A DNA stretch of 62,257 nt from an uncultured virus (IMG/VR IMGVR_UViG_3300034198_008248) (lineage: Duplodnaviria > Heunggongvirae > Uroviricota > Caudoviricetes), in IMG/VR virus record IMGVR_UViG_3300034198_008248, positions 62,001-124,257 of that record. One strand, given 5' to 3'. Shown here piece by piece: positions 49,506 to 59,909 of this stretch. The position numbers and the translations under genes are program-made. The notes below the pieces were generated by a model. The model saw only the letters and a list, made by a program, of their open reading frames with translations, was not told where the DNA came from and searched no databases. Each line of letters begins with the position of its first letter. Positions within the stretch are counted from its first letter, which is position 1.

Positions 49506-49739
49506 ATGAAAGAAATAAGGAAAGGTCAAAATTGGAGAGTAAAAAAATCTGAAACAACTTGGGGAGGTATTCGTATTGTTGATGTGTTGAGTGATGGGAG
49601 ATTTTTGGTGGATATAGCAACAGAACCTTATACGAGGGATGTAGTGAAAACTAAGGAAGAAATTTTGAATGGTTATAATCTAGATAATTGTAGATATATC
49701 TATAGAAAAGATGGAAGCATCGCCGCTATACAAGGATGA
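49506..49739 (+). CDS. Hypothetical protein
   Basis: 77 aa, ATGA overlap with gp46. Confidence 0.55.
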   Translation: MKEIRKGQNWRVKKSETTWGGIRIVDVLSDGRFLVDIATEPYTRDVVKTKEEILNGYNLDNCRYIYRKDGSIAAIQG

Positions 49740-51535
49740 AAAATGTAAAATATAAAAATTTAAAAATCAAAAATTTCCTAAGTGTTGGAAATGAATTAAT
49801 CGAGATTGATTTTCAAAAGGGATTACACCAAATAGATGGTATAAATTCTGATATCCCAGACCGTAAAAACGGTGTCGGTAAAACTGTCGTGACTAATGCT
49901 CATTTCTTTGCTTTGTTTGGAGAAACGATCAACAAAATCAAATCAGAATTTGTGATCAATAATGTCACAAAATCGAATGGTTTGGTCGAACTTGAATTTG
50001 ACGTTGAAACATCTCAAGGAACTAAATCATACACCATTAAAAGACACGTTAAAAAAGCATCTAAGGTGGAACTTTGGGAAGGTGATGAGGATATAACAAA
50101 ATCCACTATTAAAGAAACTGACAAATATATTTGTGATCTATTATCCACAAATCCAGATATTTATCGTTGCTGTGATGTTATAACAGTTCGAGATACTGTT
50201 CCATTTATGCAGATGGAAGCTAAAGATAAACGTGCATTCACAGAAACCATTTTTTCTATTGATGTTTTTGGGGTTATGTTGAAAGATCTAAAGAAAATGA
50301 TCACAGAAACCAAAAAAGATAAAGATGTTTCATCTGCTAAAGTTTCTGAAATTGAAAGAAGTCTAAAATCTTTAATTGATCAGAAAGAGATTATCAAAAA
50401 ACAAATCGAAGAACGAGACGAAATTCTACGGAAGAGGAGAGATGATCTAGATGTTAGAATACAATGCGCCACAGATGAAATTCAAAAATATCAATTAGTG
50501 GAACTAACTAAGTTCCAGTCCAATTTGAAAAAGTTGGAATCAGCAATCTACGACATAGATTCTAAAATAGGTGAATGTCATATGACTATAACAACCAATG
50601 AGCATTTTATTGCTGGTATTAAAGATAAATTGAAGAAAATGTCGGATATTAAATCAGGTGTCAGATGCGAAAAATGTCTTCAGGATATTGATCATACCCA
50701 TACTGAGCTGATCGAAGTGGAAAAGGAATCTGCGAATATTTTGTTGAAAAATTATGAAGATGCTCTTGTAGAATTACATAAAGAGTTAGTAAAAAATAGA
50801 GAAACCAAAAATAAATTGGTTAGCAAACAGACACAAATCCAAAGATCCCTAGAAGAAGCTAAGACAGATATTCTCAAAAAGCAAAATTTGGAGAAAAATT
50901 TGGAACAATTATTAGAGTCTAAAAAAGATTTGGATGATGATATGAATATATCTAATTTGTCAATTGCGTCCTTTGATGCGAATATTGACTCTACGAGTGA
51001 AAGACTCGATGAGGAAAGTAAAAATCTTACTGAATTACAGCAAAAATTATCAGATTATGATATCTGTAAGTTTATCTTAGGAGAAGAAGGTGTAAAAAGT
51101 TTTGTAGTTAAAAAACTACTAGATCTTTTAAACAACACAATCGAAAAATATTTAATCGATCTTGGACTAAGTGTTAGAGTTAAGTTTGATGAGTATTTTG
51201 AAGAGATTGTTACTTCTGGAGGTAAACAATTTTCTTATAAAAACGCTTCTGGAGCAGAAAAGAAGTCTCTGGATTTTGCGTGTTGTTTTGCTTTCTCTGA
51301 TATGAGAAAGAAGATCAATCAAGTCACATCAAATGTTGAGTGGATGGACGAATGTTTGGATTCTGCGGTAGATACAGTTGGTCTTGAGAAAATTATCAAT
51401 ATTATCAAGGACAGAATCGATAAAAATGATACATGTGTTTATTTGATATCTCACCGTAAGGAAGTTAAGGATAAAATTGATGGTGAAATCATCATGCTTG
51501 AAAAATCTGGTAATGTCACTAGGAGAATAAATTGA
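49736..51535 (+). CDS. gp46: Rad50/SbcC-like recombination ATPase
   Basis: KNFLSVGN, NGVGKT, CEKC hook, SGAEK, MDECLD, ISH. Confidence 0.95.
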   Translation: MKNVKYKNLKIKNFLSVGNELIEIDFQKGLHQIDGINSDIPDRKNGVGKTVVTNAHFFALFGETINKIKSEFVINNVTKSNGLVELEFDVETSQGTKSYTIKRHVKKASKVELWEGDEDITKSTIKETDKYICDLLSTNPDIYRCCDVITVRDTVPFMQMEAKDKRAFTETIFSIDVFGVMLKDLKKMITETKKDKDVSSAKVSEIERSLKSLIDQKEIIKKQIEERDEILRKRRDDLDVRIQCATDEIQKYQLVELTKFQSNLKKLESAIYDIDSKIGECHMTITTNEHFIAGIKDKLKKMSDIKSGVRCEKCLQDIDHTHTELIEVEKESANILLKNYEDALVELHKELVKNRETKNKLVSKQTQIQRSLEEAKTDILKKQNLEKNLEQLLESKKDLDDDMNISNLSIASFDANIDSTSERLDEESKNLTELQQKLSDYDICKFILGEEGVKSFVVKKLLDLLNNTIEKYLIDLGLSVRVKFDEYFEEIVTSGGKQFSYKNASGAEKKSLDFACCFAFSDMRKKINQVTSNVEWMDECLDSAVDTVGLEKIINIIKDRIDKNDTCVYLISHRKEVKDKIDGEIIMLEKSGNVTRRIN

Positions 51536-51564
51536 CAATATAAAATCGATATTTAAATATAGGT

Positions 51565-52758
51565 ATGTTTCTAAATTCTAGTCCATTTGTAAGCCCATTC
51601 CCAGCATCACCTTTTCAGAATACTAATAAAACAGTTGTTCAAGAAGAACAGCCAAAAGAGAATAGGTATTTAAATTTTAATGCTGGTAATGATGGATGCA
51701 TGGCTTATCGAAGAGGCTTTTTATCCAATCACATCAGATTAGCTGGGATTGGTGATGTGACGGATATGACGAAAATGATTTTAGATAAATCGTTTTATAG
51801 AGATATTAAAACAATTACCCTACAGAGGCAAGCTACCGATCATCATAAAGAATTCATGAAATTCTTGAAATCCATTCAACCAGAAATGGGATTCAAGTTA
51901 ATTTATGAAGTTGATGATGTAGTTTTCAGAGAAGAAATTCCTGATTATAATGCTTCGAAATTTGGATTTGATGATGACAATATTCGCCAAAATTGCATCG
52001 ATATGATCAATATGGTGGACGAGGTTACAGTTACGTGTAAGTTCATGCGTGATCTATATATAGAAAAGACTGGTAAAAAGGAGATCACTGCGATTCCAAA
52101 TTTCATGCCTTATTGGTGGATTGGTCATCAGTATGATTATCGAAAAATTTGCGACAATTTCGAAAAATATAAAAGAAAACCAAGAATAGTATATGCTGGA
52201 TCTGGTGCTCATTTTGATATGAAAAACAAAGTGGGTCAACAGGATGACTTTTCACATGTTCTAAAATTCATTATCGATAATCGACATAAGTATCAGTTTG
52301 TCTTTATTGGTGCCTATCCACCTCCTTTACAGCCTTACGTTGTGGCGCGTGAGATTGAGTTCCATCCATGGAAAAGTCTTTTAGAATATCCCACATTCTT
52401 AGCTTCTCTAAATGCTCAATTGTTCATCGCTCCCCTACAAGATAATAATTTCAATAAGGCTAAATCTGATATCAAATTTATCGAAGCTGCTCAATTAGGA
52501 ATTCCTTGTCTGTGTCAGGATTTGGTGACTTATTCGAGTGCTCCAGATTTCTTGAGATTCACAACTGCTGAAGATTTAGAGGATAAAATTCAAAAACTTC
52601 TCAAGAATAAAGCAGGATATTATCGTCTGGTTGATGATTTGAGAAAAGTTGGATCAACTAGATTCCTAGAGCTTGAACCGAATGTTGGTAGTTTCATGGA
52701 TGTTTTGAATACTGAATACGGGTCAAGGGATCGAAAATTTCTGAAAATGTGGAATTGA
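51565..52758 (+). CDS. GT-B (GT4-like) glycosyltransferase
   Basis: LQRQ, YEVDD, IPNF, APLQDNNFN.AKSDIK.IEA..LG.P. Confidence 0.8.
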   Translation: MFLNSSPFVSPFPASPFQNTNKTVVQEEQPKENRYLNFNAGNDGCMAYRRGFLSNHIRLAGIGDVTDMTKMILDKSFYRDIKTITLQRQATDHHKEFMKFLKSIQPEMGFKLIYEVDDVVFREEIPDYNASKFGFDDDNIRQNCIDMINMVDEVTVTCKFMRDLYIEKTGKKEITAIPNFMPYWWIGHQYDYRKICDNFEKYKRKPRIVYAGSGAHFDMKNKVGQQDDFSHVLKFIIDNRHKYQFVFIGAYPPPLQPYVVAREIEFHPWKSLLEYPTFLASLNAQLFIAPLQDNNFNKAKSDIKFIEAAQLGIPCLCQDLVTYSSAPDFLRFTTAEDLEDKIQKLLKNKAGYYRLVDDLRKVGSTRFLELEPNVGSFMDVLNTEYGSRDRKFLKMWN

Positions 52759-52782
52759 CTTTGGTTTTTCGGATGCTAGAAT
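52755..52782 (+). promoter_or_regulatory. sigma70-type extended -10 promoter
   Basis: TTGACT-16-(TGc)TAGAAT, 7 nt before ATG 52790. Confidence 0.7.
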
Positions 52783-52789
52783 CTCTTTC

Positions 52790-53206
52790 ATGAGAAAAAG
52801 CTCTAAAATTTGGAAAATTGAAAAATTTGGACACGAATTTTACTCGGGACAATGCATCACAATCACTAGGACGAAATCACCGATAGATGTCCAACTGATA
52901 TACGAATCAGAGTTAGATTGCTTATTGGACATAGTAACCGAACCCGAAAATCGAGGGTTGAAGGTTTATAAACATCAAAGTAAAGAGATATGTGATGTAG
53001 ATCTTAAAACTAAGAAACAATTTGTCCTACTTAGACAAAAGGATAATGATTATTATTGTTCATATTCTAGATATTATGAATTAGAAAAGGCGAATGATCT
53101 AATTTCCGCTGGAACACACGAATTAGCTTTCAAATTTTTAGAGGATAGTGAATACGATTCTTATGAAAGAACTGTTTATCATTGGGTTGAAGCTTTTTTA
53201 CAATAA
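52790..53206 (+). CDS. Hypothetical protein
   Basis: 138 aa upstream of the polymerase. Confidence 0.65.
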   Translation: MRKSSKIWKIEKFGHEFYSGQCITITRTKSPIDVQLIYESELDCLLDIVTEPENRGLKVYKHQSKEICDVDLKTKKQFVLLRQKDNDYYCSYSRYYELEKANDLISAGTHELAFKFLEDSEYDSYERTVYHWVEAFLQ

Positions 53207-53209
53207 AAT

Positions 53210-55783
53210 ATGTATAGAAACTGCGTATATTCAAACAGAGATCGAATGATCCACCTTTTTACTTGGGATGCCTATGGAAATAGGGTAAAACAAGAAATAC
53301 CATACAAGCCATATATCATGCTTGAGGATAAGAGTGGTCCTTTCAGAAGCATCTATGGAACGACCCTCAAAAAGAGGGAGTTCGAAACTCAATACGATAG
53401 GGGAAAATTTACCAAAGAATCTGGTGTTAAAAGGATATTTGAAAACATCACACCATATCAGCAATTTTTAATCGATGAATATTATAGAGATTCTGAAAAA
53501 GAGGAATTTTCACAATATCCCCTCAAGGTTTGTTATATCGACATCGAAAATCCAGCATCAGATCGTCAGCCAAATGTCGAATTAGCTGATACAGTTATAA
53601 ATTTGCTGACATGCTATGATACAGAGACTAAGAGATATACCGTTTTTGGGTTGAAAGCATATAAACCAAAGAAAGATAATGTTGATTATTATCACTGTAA
53701 ATCAGAGCACGATCTCTTAAAGAGATTCATCGGACACTTCTCAAGTGATTATCCTGATGTATTGTGTGGATGGAACAGTAATGGTTACGATGTTCCTTAT
53801 TTGATAAATCGAATAACGTTTGAATTGGGTAAAGATTGGGCAGATGAATTGTCTCCTATAGGTAGAATATACGAGAAGGTTAACAAGGCTGGAAAATTCG
53901 GAAAAACCTCAAAAGAATATGTCATTGAAGGTGTATCATGTCTCGACTATCTTGTAATGTATCAAAAATTTAAGATATTCAACAAACCAGAAGATTATAA
54001 ATTGGATACTGTTGGAGAACATGAGGTTGGAGTTAATAAGATTGATTATGATGGAACCCTTTGGGATCTATCTGTCAACGATTGGGAAACTTATGTTGAT
54101 TATAACCTACGAGATGTAGAACTATTAATTATACTTGATGAGAAATTGCAGTATATCAACCTTATACGATTTCTATCACATGCGGGGTTGTGTGGGCTAT
54201 CGCAAGCGATTGATACCGTTCCGGTAATTAATGGTGCTGTAGCCATCAAAGCTAGACAGCATAACAAATATATTTCTACATTTTATAGGACTCTTAAAGA
54301 TGGAAAGAATCCGGGTGGTGCTGTTCAAGACCCAAAGGTTGGTCACGTTCGAAATGTTGTATCTTTCGATGCTAATTCGCTTTACCCAAGTATTATGATA
54401 TCTTTGAATATCTCTCCAGAGACTAAATTAGGTAGTCTTGAGACTATTGGAGACGACTATAATATACATCATGTTTCAGGTAGAACATTTACACTCAACA
54501 AAGACGCCTTTGCCAAATATTTAAAGGAGGAGAAGGTTGCAATATCAAAATCTAAACATTTATTCACACAAAAAGAGAAGGGATTGATGCCAGAATTCTT
54601 AGAGAACCTTTACACAAAAAGGAAGAACATGAAGAATCTTGGTAAAGAGAAGGAAGGTTATTTAAACGATAATAAGGATAAGTTATCTCCAGAAGAAATA
54701 AAAAACCTAGAATCTGAGATCCAAAAATGCGACACATTCCAAAACGCTTATAAGATTTGTCTAAATTCTATGTATGGTTACATGGGAAATGCTTATGCTC
54801 CTTTAGGTGATGATGATATTGCGGCATCAATTACATTGACTGGACAAGCAATCAATGGAAAAAACAGAGATTTGTTTGTGGAATATATGCAGAATACATA
54901 TGGAATTTCTGATGAGGAAGCAGAGAATTGTTGTATTGGGGCTGATACAGACTCAGGATATTTCTCTCTTCATATTTTAGAAGATAAGTATGGATTGAAT
55001 CTTTTAGAGGGAGATAAAATATCAGATAAATTCTATGAAGAGTGTGATAAAATATCTGATTATATCAACACACATATATCCGAATGGGTTTCTAAAAAAT
55101 TTAGATCCTTGGATTCTAGGATTGTGTATAAAAGGGAATCTGTTTGTGATGCTGGAATTTTCTTAGAAAAGAAACAATACGTTTTGCATGTATTAGATGA
55201 TGAAGGTCTTAAAGTCAACAAATTCAAATACAAGGGTGTTGCTGTGGTTACTGGAAAAATGCCAAAGGTGGTTAAACCATACATCAAGACTGTAATAGAA
55301 TGTCTAATCTTAGAAAAGAATAGAGAAAAGTGTAATTCTTATTTTAATGACGCATATGAAAAGTTTAAATCTTTGCCGTATCATAACATATGCAATATTA
55401 GTGGAATGAATAATTATGAAGAATATTCTAGAAAGTGTGATGCGTTGAAAACTGCTAAGGGAATGCCTGTCGCTTTGAAGGCAGCATATAGACACGATTA
55501 CATAATCAAAGAATTTAAACTTAATAACAAATACCCGAAGTTTAAAAGTGGGGATAAAGTTAGATTTGTTAGTTTAAAAACACCGAATAGATATGGTTTG
55601 GAGACAATCGCTTTCCATAACAAATATCCAAAAGAATTTGAAGACCTTTTTGAGGTCGACTATGAGAAACAGTTTGATAAAATTGTATTCGCATCAGTTA
55701 AAGCGTTTTACAACGCAGTAAATTGGACATTACGAAAACCAAACGAAAATGTTAGAGTAGAATTAGAGGATTTTCTCAGTTAA
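53210..55783 (+). CDS. gp43: Family B DNA polymerase
   Basis: ExoI DIE, ExoII GWNS..YD, ExoIII YNLRD; SFDANSLYPS, KICLNSMYG, DTDS, KKQY. Confidence 0.97.
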   Translation: MYRNCVYSNRDRMIHLFTWDAYGNRVKQEIPYKPYIMLEDKSGPFRSIYGTTLKKREFETQYDRGKFTKESGVKRIFENITPYQQFLIDEYYRDSEKEEFSQYPLKVCYIDIENPASDRQPNVELADTVINLLTCYDTETKRYTVFGLKAYKPKKDNVDYYHCKSEHDLLKRFIGHFSSDYPDVLCGWNSNGYDVPYLINRITFELGKDWADELSPIGRIYEKVNKAGKFGKTSKEYVIEGVSCLDYLVMYQKFKIFNKPEDYKLDTVGEHEVGVNKIDYDGTLWDLSVNDWETYVDYNLRDVELLIILDEKLQYINLIRFLSHAGLCGLSQAIDTVPVINGAVAIKARQHNKYISTFYRTLKDGKNPGGAVQDPKVGHVRNVVSFDANSLYPSIMISLNISPETKLGSLETIGDDYNIHHVSGRTFTLNKDAFAKYLKEEKVAISKSKHLFTQKEKGLMPEFLENLYTKRKNMKNLGKEKEGYLNDNKDKLSPEEIKNLESEIQKCDTFQNAYKICLNSMYGYMGNAYAPLGDDDIAASITLTGQAINGKNRDLFVEYMQNTYGISDEEAENCCIGADTDSGYFSLHILEDKYGLNLLEGDKISDKFYEECDKISDYINTHISEWVSKKFRSLDSRIVYKRESVCDAGIFLEKKQYVLHVLDDEGLKVNKFKYKGVAVVTGKMPKVVKPYIKTVIECLILEKNREKCNSYFNDAYEKFKSLPYHNICNISGMNNYEEYSRKCDALKTAKGMPVALKAAYRHDYIIKEFKLNNKYPKFKSGDKVRFVSLKTPNRYGLETIAFHNKYPKEFEDLFEVDYEKQFDKIVFASVKAFYNAVNWTLRKPNENVRVELEDFLS

Positions 55784-55789
55784 AAAATT

Positions 55790-56038
55790 ATGACAATAAA
55801 TCAAGCTTACTGTAAAGGACTGGACGATAGCGAGGCTATTACTATCAAAATACTAACTCAGTTGATATACGATCAACCACTAGACTCTTACAACAATCCA
55901 GAATTAGAGAAATTAAAAAACGCTCTCAGGATTCAACTAGATTACATCAATGGATTGGCTAACAATAAAAAGAGTAATGTAGGTAAATACGCTAAAAAAG
56001 AACTTGATAATTCAAGAGCATTACTTGACTCTCAGTAA
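55790..56038 (+). CDS. Hypothetical protein
   Basis: 82 aa packed ORF. Confidence 0.65.
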   Translation: MTINQAYCKGLDDSEAITIKILTQLIYDQPLDSYNNPELEKLKNALRIQLDYINGLANNKKSNVGKYAKKELDNSRALLDSQ

Positions 56039-56059
56039 TAATATGATAAATTTAGGTGT

Positions 56060-56404
56060 ATGACAAATAAGCACGTAGCAATTATCGACCATGTGGGTCG
56101 AAATATTATCGGAAAATTGGTCGAAGAAACTGATTCTGTAATCACTATTCAGAATCCAGTTATTCTACACGTTCAACCTCAACAAAACGGACAATTGGAG
56201 GTTCAGACATTCCCAACATTTTTCTTCGAGTTCATTGATAAGAGTAATAGAGATAAGAATGCTTGGACTTACACGAAGTCAAATGTTGTGACTAGTAATG
56301 TAGTTCTGGATGAACGCATTCTCTCTCAATATGAGAAGATCAATACTCCACCAGAAGAACCAAAACAAACCCAACCTAAAGTTATTAGTATTGATGACAT
56401 CTGA
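56060..56404 (+). CDS. Sm-like hypothetical protein
   Basis: GRNIIG......I.NPV pattern; TTGACT-16-TAAATT-7-ATG at 56025-56052. Confidence 0.65.
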   Translation: MTNKHVAIIDHVGRNIIGKLVEETDSVITIQNPVILHVQPQQNGQLEVQTFPTFFFEFIDKSNRDKNAWTYTKSNVVTSNVVLDERILSQYEKINTPPEEPKQTQPKVISIDDI

Positions 56405-56591
56405 TAACTTTTGCTATTGGTTACAGGGATGGTTTGAGTTAAACGATACCATAGATCATAGTTCAGGAGCAACACCCGAAACAATGAATATGATTCGTTC
56501 ACATCTTGAATTAGTCTTTAGAAAAGAAACTTTAGGGTATGAATTAATCAATACAAGATTCACAGGACTTTCAACCAACCCACTTTGTTAA
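56394..56591 (+). CDS. Small hypothetical phage protein
   Basis: NFCYWLQGWFEL..I..HL.LVF motif; start moved to 56394. Confidence 0.65.
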   Translation: MTSDNFCYWLQGWFELNDTIDHSSGATPETMNMIRSHLELVFRKETLGYELINTRFTGLSTNPLC

Positions 56592-56595
56592 AATT

Positions 56596-57813
56596 ATGGA
56601 TAGAGATATTAAAAAAGCACTCGATTCTCTTAACGAGATTGATATCAGTGCAAAGTATTTAAATGAATCGTTTTTAGGAGACGATGATTGGATTGATACC
56701 GGGAGTTTAATGCTTAATGCATTGATTTCTGGATCAACAAAGAGGGGAATTCCCAAAGGACGTATTACACAGTTTGTAGGTGCTTCCCAGACTTTCAAGA
56801 GTGGTTTCCTTTTACAAATCTTAGCAAATGCTCAAAGACAAGGAATGGGTGTTGTATTATTCGATACAGAAGGTGGTATCGATGCTGTAGGTGCTAAGAG
56901 ATTTGGTTTGGATGTTAATAAAGTCAAATATTCCAATCCTAAATCCATCGAACAATGTCGAAATGGTGTGATGAAAATTTTAACCCATGTAGAAGAAAAC
57001 AATCTACATGGTAAGATCATTATCGCTATCGATTCAGTTGCTAATATGCTTTCAGCAATGGAGAAAACTAGAATGGAAAAGGATAGTGAATCTGCTGATA
57101 TGGGAACATTCGCTAAATCTGTTAAAAGTCTTCTTAAGACTTGCAACATCTACTCAACTATCACAAAATGTCCGATTATTATGACTAACCATATTTATGA
57201 TAATCCAGCACAGATGTTTCCAACAATTGAGAAAGATATTGCTGGTGGAAAAGCTGCTGTATATCTTCCAACTACAACAGTTCAACTTGCTAGAAAATTA
57301 GTTGCTGATGATGGTGGAAAAACACTCGAATCTAAACTTGCTGCTGGTCAGAAGAAGTATTCAGGTGTTGTAATCAGAGCATTAACCGTAAAGAATCGCT
57401 TGATTAAGCAATATCTTGAAGGTGAAATGTATCTATCATTCTCAACAGGTCTTAACAGATATTATGGATTAGCTGAGTTGATGAAAGGTCTAGAGATTAT
57501 TGATAATAAGGGATCTACTTACTATGATTGGAACGGTAATAAGCTAGGATATCTCAAATCTTGGTCTAAAGATAAGGATCTTTGGGAAAATACCTTAATT
57601 CCAGAGTTTGAAAAGAGAATTCAAAAGGAGTGGACATACGGTGTTGATTATGTGGAAGAAATACCAACAGAATTTGATGATGACGAGGAAGAATTGGTGG
57701 AAGAATCATCGAATCCACTAGATACTTTGAAAAAGCTGAAACAAAAGGTTTCAGATAAGTTAGATCACATTGAAGAAACATCATCTAATGACCAAGGAGA
57801 TAATCCTGATTGA
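56596..57813 (+). CDS. uvsX: RecA-like recombinase
   Basis: IDTGS..LNALISG, GASQTFKS, FDTEG, IDSVANM, TNHIY, GGK. Confidence 0.93.
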   Translation: MDRDIKKALDSLNEIDISAKYLNESFLGDDDWIDTGSLMLNALISGSTKRGIPKGRITQFVGASQTFKSGFLLQILANAQRQGMGVVLFDTEGGIDAVGAKRFGLDVNKVKYSNPKSIEQCRNGVMKILTHVEENNLHGKIIIAIDSVANMLSAMEKTRMEKDSESADMGTFAKSVKSLLKTCNIYSTITKCPIIMTNHIYDNPAQMFPTIEKDIAGGKAAVYLPTTTVQLARKLVADDGGKTLESKLAAGQKKYSGVVIRALTVKNRLIKQYLEGEMYLSFSTGLNRYYGLAELMKGLEIIDNKGSTYYDWNGNKLGYLKSWSKDKDLWENTLIPEFEKRIQKEWTYGVDYVEEIPTEFDDDEEELVEESSNPLDTLKKLKQKVSDKLDHIEETSSNDQGDNPD

Positions 57814-58202
57814 TTAGCTGCACCCTTAGCCCTATTACCTCTACCGTTTAGAGGTCTATTGACATACGATCTAATTTTAGATTCATTTGTCAAATCTTCA
57901 ACAAGCTGAACTCTAATTTGGGGGTTCAGCTTGTTTTTTAATAGATCACACATAAAATGTTTTAATGTTGGAGAACTATGTTTTTTTCTTTCTTCTCCGT
58001 AAACGTCTTTGACCTCGGATGGTAAACATCTCCAAATATAATCCCAAATAGCAAAAGTTGGAGCGTTTGTTTCTCCATACATTCTCATAATTTTCAAACA
58101 TTGAGCATAAGCATTGTTTAATTGTTGATCGAATGCTAGAAAAGTTGCTGGTCTAGCCATTTCTATCATTAATTCTCTATATAATGTATCAAATTCACTC
58201 AT
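57765..58202 (-). CDS. Hypothetical protein (EMAR motif)
   Basis: MSEFDTLYRELMIEMARP. Confidence 0.65.
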   Translation of the reverse strand: MSEFDTLYRELMIEMARPATFLAFDQQLNNAYAQCLKIMRMYGETNAPTFAIWDYIWRCLPSEVKDVYGEERKKHSSPTLKHFMCDLLKNKLNPQIRVQLVEDLTNESKIRSYVNRPLNGRGNRAKGAANQSGLSPWSLDDVSSM

Positions 58203-59901
58203 TTACGATCATCCAATGGTTGTAATTTTTGACTTTCTTAAATCCTCTATCTACAAATTGACCCTTTTGTTTAGAGAATTTATTATCCCTATTTACTTGC
58301 TCGGTCATATAACTTAATACTGATTCTTGAACAGGTTGCCAATCTGATGCCTGTTGATAAGCTGATTCTAAGGCGGCGTTCATACGAGCAATACTTTGTT
58401 TTAATTGTGTTGCATATTCAGGTTCAGCATATTTCAATTGCTCTTCAGCATTTTGAATCTTGATTTGTAAATCATCAATTGTTTTTTGATAAGGATTCTT
58501 TTGTTGCTTTGGTTCGGGAGATTGCTCTTTACCCAAACTAGCTTCCATTTTTTGTAGACGAAGTTCTTCCTTTGTTGTGTCTTGACCAGCATCTTGCATA
58601 TTAGCGATAACTGCCTTTTGTCTAATAATAGCCTTTGTTAAACCGGAATCGGGAGATTTAGAAATATTTTCACCAGAAGCAAATGCTCTCAATTTCTCCT
58701 TAGCATCCATTAAATTATTAGATTTTCTAAAGTCTAATCTTTCTAAATTAAATTCTTGTAAAGCCTTACGAAATTCGTACCAAGCTTTAAATAGTTCCCC
58801 CCCATCCCCTTGAAATATTTTTCTTAAAACTCTTAGATCAAAGCCAGCATAAGGCTGTTCATCGGTTTCAGTATAATCTTCAGGTGCTTCGGTTTCATAT
58901 AATTCTTTAAACTCTCTTCCAAGAGCCATGAATAAAGCGGATGCGGATTTATTCCCAGAATCAGCCATTTTATCAGATAAACTAACCATTTTCTCCATGA
59001 ATTTTTCTGGAGATGGTTTATTTTGAAGACTGGCGAATGATGTGACGATATCGTTTAGTGACTTTTCAAAATTCTCTCGTTTCCACATCACCAAAATCTG
59101 AGCTAATTTATCTGGACGACCAGAATTATCGACAATTTCATCCATTTCAATTTCACCAGAATCATATAATTCCTTATATGATAAAATTCCTTCTTTTAAT
59201 GTTTCTGCGGCATCCTCGATCCATCCCTGAACATCACCATAAGGATTTTCCAGATCGGATTTGGATGCTTCTGTTTGAGATTCTGGATTGTTTGTTTTTT
59301 TAAGTTTTCTAGATTCATATAATGCTTTACGAAGTCTAGGTTCAAGATAAGATGTCAATTTAGTATATTGAAGATATGACATCGGGTATGTACCAGAACT
59401 AGTCAATTCTTTCATCCTACGATTGACACCTATACGAAGATTGGAGTTTAATCTTTCTACCTCGTCACTATCATCTGATGATATATAATCAAGCATCTTC
59501 GAATCTAAATCACTTCCATCTTCTGTGGTTGATTCCTCCGCTTTATCCTCAAAAATAGAGTTCCAGAAAGATATTAATTCTTTAGAATCAATTTTACCTT
59601 CGTTTAAAAGTGTATCCATGATCTTTGCCCAATTCGCAAAACGAGCATTGCTATTCGTGGCTATAGATTTATAATAATTCATAACACTTTCATCTTGTCT
59701 ATTTAAAAATGTTTCGGTGAAATTATACAATCGGTTTCTTATTTGACTGGTTTGTGATGGATTAACGTCTCCACTATTTTTAATATTTGCGTATAATGAA
59801 ACATATGCATCTCTAACTTCTGGAAAATTTCCAAAAATAGATGTTGCGCGAGCCATCTCGGTAAAAATATCCGCACGTTCTACGAAATAATCAAAATTCA
59901 T
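58195..59901 (-). CDS. Large helical hypothetical protein (EMAR motif), probable internal head protein
   Basis: MNFDYFVERADIFTEMARA; TAAATA-N5-ATG puts the start at 59901. Confidence 0.7.
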   Translation of the reverse strand: MNFDYFVERADIFTEMARATSIFGNFPEVRDAYVSLYANIKNSGDVNPSQTSQIRNRLYNFTETFLNRQDESVMNYYKSIATNSNARFANWAKIMDTLLNEGKIDSKELISFWNSIFEDKAEESTTEDGSDLDSKMLDYISSDDSDEVERLNSNLRIGVNRRMKELTSSGTYPMSYLQYTKLTSYLEPRLRKALYESRKLKKTNNPESQTEASKSDLENPYGDVQGWIEDAAETLKEGILSYKELYDSGEIEMDEIVDNSGRPDKLAQILVMWKRENFEKSLNDIVTSFASLQNKPSPEKFMEKMVSLSDKMADSGNKSASALFMALGREFKELYETEAPEDYTETDEQPYAGFDLRVLRKIFQGDGGELFKAWYEFRKALQEFNLERLDFRKSNNLMDAKEKLRAFASGENISKSPDSGLTKAIIRQKAVIANMQDAGQDTTKEELRLQKMEASLGKEQSPEPKQQKNPYQKTIDDLQIKIQNAEEQLKYAEPEYATQLKQSIARMNAALESAYQQASDWQPVQESVLSYMTEQVNRDNKFSKQKGQFVDRGFKKVKNYNHWMIVNE

Positions 59902-59909
59902 GATACTAT

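Noticed and set aside
54930..54960. Atypical polymerase motif C (GADTDS rather than YGDTDS)
   Set aside because: T4 gp43 itself has AGDTDS; within normal variation.
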